A DNA stretch of 64,000 nt from Octopus bimaculoides (taxonomy: Eukaryota). Of the stretch, positions 26,401 to 35,400 are shown in pieces. The position numbers were made by a program, and so were the translations under genes. Where the stretch lies: contig NC_068996.1 in NCBI RefSeq assembly GCF_001194135.2, forward strand, positions 51,741,415 through 51,805,414, written 5' to 3'. The notes under the pieces are model-generated. The model was not told the origin of the DNA. It saw nothing but the letters and a program-made list of their open reading frames with translations, and searched no databases. The first letter of the stretch is position 1; every line of letters begins with the position of its first letter.

Positions 26401-29400
26401 AAAGTACCTCTTATTTGGAATGGTGTTGATTCTCATAAGTAATTGCTTTTTTTAAGTAAATTTATTTTTAACTTCAAAGCATGTTATTGTTTCTAGATGT
26501 TAGAGTATAATAGTGAAAACTGCTAAATTTGAGGGTATTTGTGATAGAAGTTAGTTATATAAGTAATAATGGTTCTTAAAATCATATATTAAGAACCATT
26601 ACTTGTGAAGATATGAAATGAAAGTAAAATATATTTCAATATACATCAGTGGTTGTTTTCACAATATGATTTACTGAGTTAAATGCATTCTTTAAATGTT
26701 TCATAATATATTGATGGTAATTAGAATTATCAGAATATTCAAAATAGCAAATTAGTAAAATTATTATTCTATCTGATTTCTCATTTGAAACGAAAGTTTT
26801 AGGACTATCTTTGGTTTATTTCATTGAAATAAAGGTGGAATTAGTCTGATTCATTAACAATTTAAGAGATGAGACATCTAATTAAGTTGGTAAGTCAAAT
26901 TCTGTTATAAAGAGAAAATAATCTTACAGCTTCAGAATATTTCACTCAGTGGAACAAAAACCTAAAACTGATACAAAAATGTTCAGTTCTACATTGATAC
27001 ATTATAATGTAAGATAACTAATTGCATGATAACTAGCTTATTTCCCAGGTTGATTGAAAATATGCTGTTCAATTAGATACATACAAACTGGCATTTTTTA
27101 ATTTTAAAATTGTTACTTTATAATTCTTACAATATAATTAAGTTTTGTAATTTAATTGCATCAATCTTGAAAATGCTTTTAAATAAGCTGTTGAAGAAAC
27201 AAATTCTTTTTTAATTAGTATATTAAGAATACATTTTGTTGATCATTTATAATTTTCTTTTCAACTTTTCAAAACAATGTATAAAAAATTTAAAGAATGT
27301 TATTCTATTACTTACATTAGTAACCATAGTTAAGCCAACTGCAAATGCCAGAAGACAAACAAATCCGATTAAAATCTCTCGGCGATAGCCACGTCTTAAA
27401 TGTTGGGGCCAACGATCAACTACAGTCGTAATAAACCCTTCGACACCAACAAACTGGAATGAAATAATTGTACATGTTTTTTAATGACCACTTTAAACAC
27501 ATAAAATAAAGAAACGATTAGTTTCACTTCATATAATAACATGGTTAACATTGGTAAAAGAACTCAATATGATTAATATAATGTTTAGTTGATATCTAAG
27601 TAAAACAACTTTGAAACAATACATAGAAACAATAAACAACAAAGTGAACAACAAACTCTACCTCCTTACAACTCACTTTGGTCTCTCCCTAGTCCTCAAG
27701 TGATTAGCTGTCAATTAAATGAATAAAAATGCATAGAGGAAAGAACTTCATTATTTTAGATAAGAATTAAATATTTTTATATTCCTTAAAACAAATAAAT
27801 AATCCAGATATCATACAAATTAGTCATCCACCAACCATAGCTAAAAAACCTCCCAGAGACTGTGTAGCTAATGGTATTGGATGAAAACAAAAAATTTATC
27901 ATTTGCATTTCTAAATAAATTTTGAGCATGTACATGATCATAAACATGAACAATATGTTAGTGTGTATGGGAAGCATGGATATGTGTGTATGCGTGTGTT
28001 ATATATATACATGTATACACATAGCATTCTGCATATCTTACTTTAACATGAATATACTGTAGAAAACCACACAACTTCAGTTTTTATCCCAGGAAAGCCT
28101 CTCATATAGACATATTGTACTGAAAAGCACTGAAGTATATTGATAACACTGGCAGAAGAACTGCTAAACCTAGATTTCTGCATATTTGCATATCAGCAGC
28201 AGCAAGCATTCATGAGAAACAGAATGTTTTGACAAATTTACTCTTTACTGATATATAAAAACAATGATTAACATGTTTCAATTAGCTGGCAGGTTGGGTA
28301 AAAATTCATTATTAACGACAAAAACAGAATTAGTTCAGAATAGCAATCTGTATATCTTACTTAACATGGATATATTGTAGAAAGCCATGGAACTTGGAGA
28401 ACAACTTTGGGATGATGCAGTTGAGATGAAAGTGGTTGTGAAAAAGTGGCTAAAACAGAATAAACCTCAATTTTTTTCAAAAGGAATTCAAAAGTTGGTA
28501 CAAATGCAATGAAGACTATGTTGAGTAGTACTTTTGTGTAGCAGAAGAGGTATTCCATCGACTTGTGAAATTTGAATGACCAATATCATTCAATAATAAT
28601 AAAAAATGCTATGCCCTCTATCACATTACTTTCAGACAATCCTCATATATGTATGAGTGTATGTGTGTTTGTAATATATATATAACGCACACACACATGT
28701 GCATCTCGCTCTCCTCCTCCTCTCTCAATGTGTGTGTATATATATATATATATGTCCATCTTCACCACTATCATTATCATCAGCACCAACTCAACCAATA
28801 CAACAACCACTGCTATTTTTAACCCACCAACAACAACAATATGAACAAGAGTAGCAACTCCATCTAGAATAATAATTTAAAAAACCCCATGGGATAATGT
28901 GGTACCCTAGTATATTCTAAAAGATGAAATGTCTTTGAATTTAGGTCGAAAAGAGTTAGGGTTTCTTAAGACTAAAAAACAACAATACAACTTATAATAA
29001 CAATATGACCACCTTCATCACCAATGCCAAAACTAATAAGACGAATGGTACCAACCCACCAACTTTTGAATAAGTAACTAGTAACAACAATAATAATACC
29101 AGCATTATAGCAATGTCTGTAGTTACATATGTTGTATGTCAAAACAACAGTGTCATGTAAGTGTTTCTTTTCAAATACTTTTATGTATATGTACTGTACT
29201 GTGTAAATTTAGAAATTATTTTCATGCACAAAAGTAGTTGTGATGCTTCAGTTTTTGGGGTTTTTTAAAAAAAATATCCACAGGAAATATTTTATTGTAA
29301 CATGAAAATCTGGGAAAAATTAATTTTGCATTATGGTCATATTGTGTGTGTGATCCTGTACACACACACACACATAAATAATTGTTTTCTGTCCATGCTG

Positions 29401-32400
29401 GCATAGGTTGGACAATGTATATATTATAGATGTGTGCATGTGTTTAAGAAAATTCATAAATTCTAGCATATTTGTGTATGATATATATATTACACATCAC
29501 ACACTTAGAAACATAATACTTAGCTTACAGAAAATATAAGTTAGCCAGGTGTTTTGATCAACTACCTCTCTTCAGTTTACACTCCTTACCCTTACACTTT
29601 GAACAAAGCCTTTGTTTGTGTTACTTGTGCAATTTGATAAGTTTTATTTGACAGTATCTCAGTGTGAATTTTGTACAATTCAATGTGATATGCATACAGT
29701 TCATTACTGAACTATTCAATATTATTTTTACCATATATAGGCTTCATGTGTGTGTGTGTGTACATACACACACACACACACATGTCTATTGAAACACAGA
29801 AATACATGAAGATACATAAGCATACAAAGGAAAAAAATTAAACAAAAATAGATTTTTAAAGAATCCATTATTTTAAAATGTCTTAATACAAATATACACA
29901 AAAATAAAAGGCCCTCATCTGCATTTGTTTATATGAGTAATTGATTAATAAAGTCTAGAAAACTGTTGTCTCACCTGGCTGTCTAATCCAAGCAAAATGA
30001 TCATTACAAAAAATACTATAGACCATAATGGAGCGACTGGCATTTGTGAAACAGCTTCTGGGTAAGCAATAAATGCAAGACCCGGACCTTAAAAAAAAAA
30101 GAGGATAAATTATTCAATATAAAATGTTTACCTCAATATTTTCATGTCAAAATAGAAAAAAAGTTATGTAAAAATGTTGAAAAATAATAAAATGAAAATG
30201 ATCTTGAGGAAAAGTAAGTATGTTTTAATTTTCTAACACAATAATTAATCTTAAGATTCTGAAAAACTCGTCTTACCTGATTCAGCTACTTCATCAATTG
30301 TTAAACCTTGTCTTTTAGCCATAAAACCAAGCACAGAGAAAATGACAAATCCAGCAAGAAAACTGGTAAAAGTGTTAGCTATAGCAAACAGTATACTGTC
30401 CCTGAATGAAAGAAAATATTTGCATTATTAACAATACGACTTTCATCATTAGGAGTTTAAAAAAAAAAAAAAATTCCAACAACTAGAATTTGTTCAAAAA
30501 AGAAAGAAATCTATAAACAAATTTTATGAGAAACTACACATAAGAACCGAGTTCATAAATATTAGAAGACATCTAAATGAAAAGATTGATTATAATAGAA
30601 CACTAATTTCCACTGAGCAGTGCAAAGAGATTCTGTTTTTCCTAATATGTACAGATGATCTATAATTTCCAAGAAATGCTGGCTGATTGAACAATACTTC
30701 TAATGATCATCGATTTAAGGAACAAAGGAAAGTTGCTATAATGCATCAGTGTGAATAGAAGATTTCAATTTGATGTGGGGTGGGGACCAACTTGGCTTTA
30801 ACAGTAAACATTAAAATCAAAATAAATATCGCTGCTTAAAAAAGTATGATTCCATATGAGAATAGATTTCAGATATAAAAATAATGTAGAAATTTATGAG
30901 ACTTTTTAAATTTAGCTACATTGCAAGGTTAGAGGATCTCTGCTTTGCAAAGTACACTGAATCTATTGAAATAGTTCAAATAGAGACGGGGAAGAAAAAA
31001 AGAAAAAGCATATGGAAACTGATGATCAATGACTTCCAAGAAATAATGTTTGACTGAACAATACTTCCACTGATCGTTGACTCAAGAACAAAGAAATAAT
31101 ATACAGTAATCCCTCACTACATCGTGACTCACCTATTGCCCACTCAGTACATCATGGTTCACCTATCACACACTCAGTACATCGTGGATTTTTCTGGCTA
31201 ATATATGTAAATTTATACTGCAGAATCCTCAGTATATCTGGGTTTCTGTGGCCGATCATCATCATTGTTGTTTAACATCTGTTTTCCATGTTGGCATGGG
31301 CTGGATGGTTTGATGGAGGACTGGAAAGCCAGAAGGCTGCATCAGGCTCCAATCTGATCTGGCAAAGTTTCTACAGCTGAATGCCCTTCCTAACGCCAAC
31401 CACTCCGAGTGGGTGTCTTTTACGTGCCACTGGCATCGACCACGCTTAAATGGTGCTTTCTACATGCCACTGGCACAGGCATCGACCCATGTTTGAATGG
31501 TGCTTATTTCATACAACTAGCACAGGTGCCAGTCAGGTGGCACTGGCATCGGTCACAACTACAATTTCCATTTTGATTTTGATCTTGAATTTGATTTATT
31601 TATATTTTTTTCCCCCAGAATTTAACTATTTCTGTGGGAGGTTTTGGAACGTAGGACATTTCCAATATTTAAATTGTGAGTCAATATAACAGATCAGTGA
31701 TGAATGTTGTTCTAGCAGTAACACTTTAAACATTCAAATCTAAATTCAAGGTAGGGGTCATTTGTAGGATTGTACTGAAACCCTTCTTAAACAATTGCTT
31801 TCATTTTCTCATGAAATAATGGCCTTACAAATTATTGGGTCATTCCATAAATAATGTGATTTTTTCAATTGCATGAACTAAGTTAGAGGGGGATGAGATA
31901 AACCACCTGCATCAACTTGCTATAAAAAACAGGTAGTACCATAAACTTATTCTTAGTGCAAGTTTTGAAGAGTGCAGTTCAATTTTCAAGTTATTTTTTC
32001 AAAGCTGTAATGGAAGCGACAAAGGAGCATATTCAGCATATTTTGCTTTATGAGTTCAATAAAGGCAACAACGCAGTATATGGGGATCAGACAAGTGTAA
32101 GCCAGTGTCAACAGTGGTTCTAGAAATTCTGATCCAGAAACTAGAGCCTAGAAGATGAGCTTCGTCCTGGAAGATCTGTTGAGTTTGATGAGGACATCTT
32201 GCAAACCCTGTTGGAACAAAATCCATTGTAACTGTTGAGGCACTAGCAGAGAAGTTCAACCATTCAACCATCCATTGACACCTGTGTGCCACTGGAAAAG
32301 TCAGCAATTTGGGTCCTCACCAACATTCCAAATCTAATCACATGCAGAGAGTGAATGTGTGCTCTTCTTTGCTGTCATGTCCCATGAATGAACCCTTTTT

Positions 32401-35400
32401 GCACTGAATAGTGACTGGTGACGAGAAATGGGTTCTTTATAAAAATCTCAAGTGCCAAAGACAGTGGGTAGGGAAAGGAAAAACACTGGCACCCCAGGCT
32501 AAAGAAGGTCTTCACCTATGTAAGGTGTTATTATCTGTTTGGTGGGATATGAAACGTTTAGTCCACTTTGAACTTTCAGACCCAAACCAAGTGATAACAA
32601 AGGAGATCTACTCCGAACAGCTTGAGTGGCTAGAAGGAAAATGACCATTTTTTTTACAAGATGAGGTGTTCTTCCATCAGGATAATACATGGCCATATAC
32701 AGCAAGGACGACATTCAAAAAGTTGAAACAGTTTGAATGGGAAATGATGCCCCACCCACCACCATGTTCGCCAGACATTGCCTTATCTGATTATCATTTA
32801 TTCCACTGTCTCCCAAATCATTTGGACGGGAAAAATATGAGTTCTGTAGACGAGTACTGAAGGATTATTTTTCATCATAGACAAGTGAATTTTGGAAAGG
32901 GGCCTTGCAAGCCTGTCACATAGACGGAAGAGCATTGTAGAAGATGAAAGAGAGTATATTTTAGATTAAAAAAGAACTTTGCTTTAATTTTGAAAAATAA
33001 AAGAAGTATAAAAAAACCCACATTATTTATGGAACGACCCAATACTTTAAATAATATATCAGAAATCATTACCAAGATAATCTACACAACTATTCATCAT
33101 TCTTATTTATATTTAACTGTTAATGTGCATGACTATTTACTTACTGTAAATTATTTTTCAAACATCTATTTGTACTGATTGTCCTTCTTTCACCGTTTTA
33201 CTTATTTCAGTTATTGGACTACAGCCATGCTAGGACTTTGCCTTGATTAGTAAACTTAGTTTATAAAAATCATCACAAAACTGAATGAATTTTTGTTAAT
33301 TTGGGTGCTATTTGGTTTTCAGGGCAGAAAATATAAGCATATAAAGTTATCTATGAAAAGGATATTTTCGCTCCAATTGTCAAAATTTTTTGACAAATAT
33401 TTCTACTAACTTTGATAATGTGCCTTAAACATAAAAGGACATAGTTTCTTTTTTCACTTTAGTTTAGTAACAGATGCAACTAAATTAGAATTTTAATACT
33501 TACTTATATGAATTATGATGAAATTTGTTATAACTTCCAAGAGCGGTCAATGTACCCAAACTTATAGAATAAGAGAAAAAAATTTGAGTACCAGCATCGA
33601 CCCACACCTGAAAAAGAAACAAATGTTCTATATAGATTATATTTTTCATTTTTGTTACATAACACAAAATTAAAAATCCATAAACAACTGTTATAAGTGA
33701 ATAGTTGGCAGTTAAAATAGCTAATTTACCTGTCTATTTAAAAGTTTGCTCCAATCAGGAATTAAATAATACTTTAAACCATCAACAGCACCATCCAATG
33801 TAACCCCACGTATTAAAAGGACAAGCATTAGAATGTAGGGACTAGTTGCAGTAAAATACATAACCTGAAAGAGAAGAAATATAAATAATAGATTATACTA
33901 TCAATAAAAGTTACACGAATAATTAACACTGAATAAATAATATAACTGGAGTTGATGGCTCATTAGATTCAAGTTTAGTATGTTTAATCATTTATAATTA
34001 TTTCCAGTGTGTGTGTGTGTGTGTATGTGTATATATATATAAATATACACATACATTTATTTTAGTTGACTAATAACAATAAAAAGGGAAACACAATCAG
34101 TGTAGGCATTTTTATTGGTAAAATAACATTTTCAAAGCACAACACACATATCAAAATTTTAAAAAGTGTGTGTGTGTGCAGTGAATAAATAAATTGTTGT
34201 CTAAATTATGCAAAAAATGAAAATAACATTGACATCTCATTTTAACAGATATATTTACCAAAATTACATAGAAATATCTTGAAATACTAAAGAGTAAATT
34301 TATTGAATAAAATTGCCATCGGCTTCAACGATGGCCTTCAGATGACTTTGGAATCTCTTGCAATTCTGGATGGGCTCCTTGTTTAAGTTGGTGAATGCTG
34401 CCATAATCCTTGCCTTCAGTTCATCTTTGAGTTTGGTGGTCTCTCACTCAACTGTGCCCCACGCATAATAATCAAGGGTGTTGCAGTCAGAGAAGGTAAG
34501 TGGCCAGATGTTAGGGGTGATGTGTTCACAGAAATTGTCTGACAGCCACGACTGGGTTCTCCTGCTTGTGTGGCATGGTGCAGAGTCCTGATGCCAGACA
34601 TAGGGTCTTCCAGCAGCCACCCACTTCACCTAGGGCAGCACTACCCCCTCTAAACATTTGATGTAGGCCTCCATGTTGAGTCTGAGGTCATGTGGGAAGA
34701 TGAATGGAGGCATAACGTCACCATAACTAGTGATCATTCCAAACACCATGATGTTGACTGGATGTTTGATTTCTATCATTCTTGGTACAATGTTTTGGGT
34801 ACACAGCAAGCCAACGGTTGTTCTGTGTGTTCATCATCTGATCCTGGCAGAAATGTTTCTTGTGTGAAAAAAAACCAAAGCATGTTCGGTTGGAGAGGAT
34901 GCTTGAATTTGTTCAGAAGATTTGTAGCATAGTCTTTCCTCCTGTCCTTGATGGCTTGGGATAAAAATTGGCCCTTTCTCATCTTGTATGAGGAATACTG
35001 AATGTTTTCATGTACTACCTGCCTGATAAGAAACTGAGACACTTCCATGTCCCTGGCAATGGACCTGATTGACTTGGAGGGATCATTGTCAACCATGGCC
35101 TGGATCTCACCAAGAAATTCAGGAGTTCTTTCTTATCAGAATGATCAGAGTGAGTTTTCCAAACTGCTGTACCTTCGTAATCACTGGCAGAGTGGATTGT
35201 GTCATAGTGTTTTTCTCACAGATGGTGCCCAACTGACCCTACTACACTGTGTAGCTGACAAAATCAAAAACAACGTGCATGCATGAAATTAAAAATATAA
35301 AATGGTGACAATTTACTCATATATATATATACACACACACATAAATATATTTTAAAAGTAGAAAGAAAAAAAATTAAACTTACTTTGCCAGAACTTTTTA

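Noticed and set aside
31110-31195. Regularly spaced ~30-bp repeats suggestive of a CRISPR-like array
   Set aside because: Only about three diverged units with no unique spacers, inside a eukaryotic transposon end.
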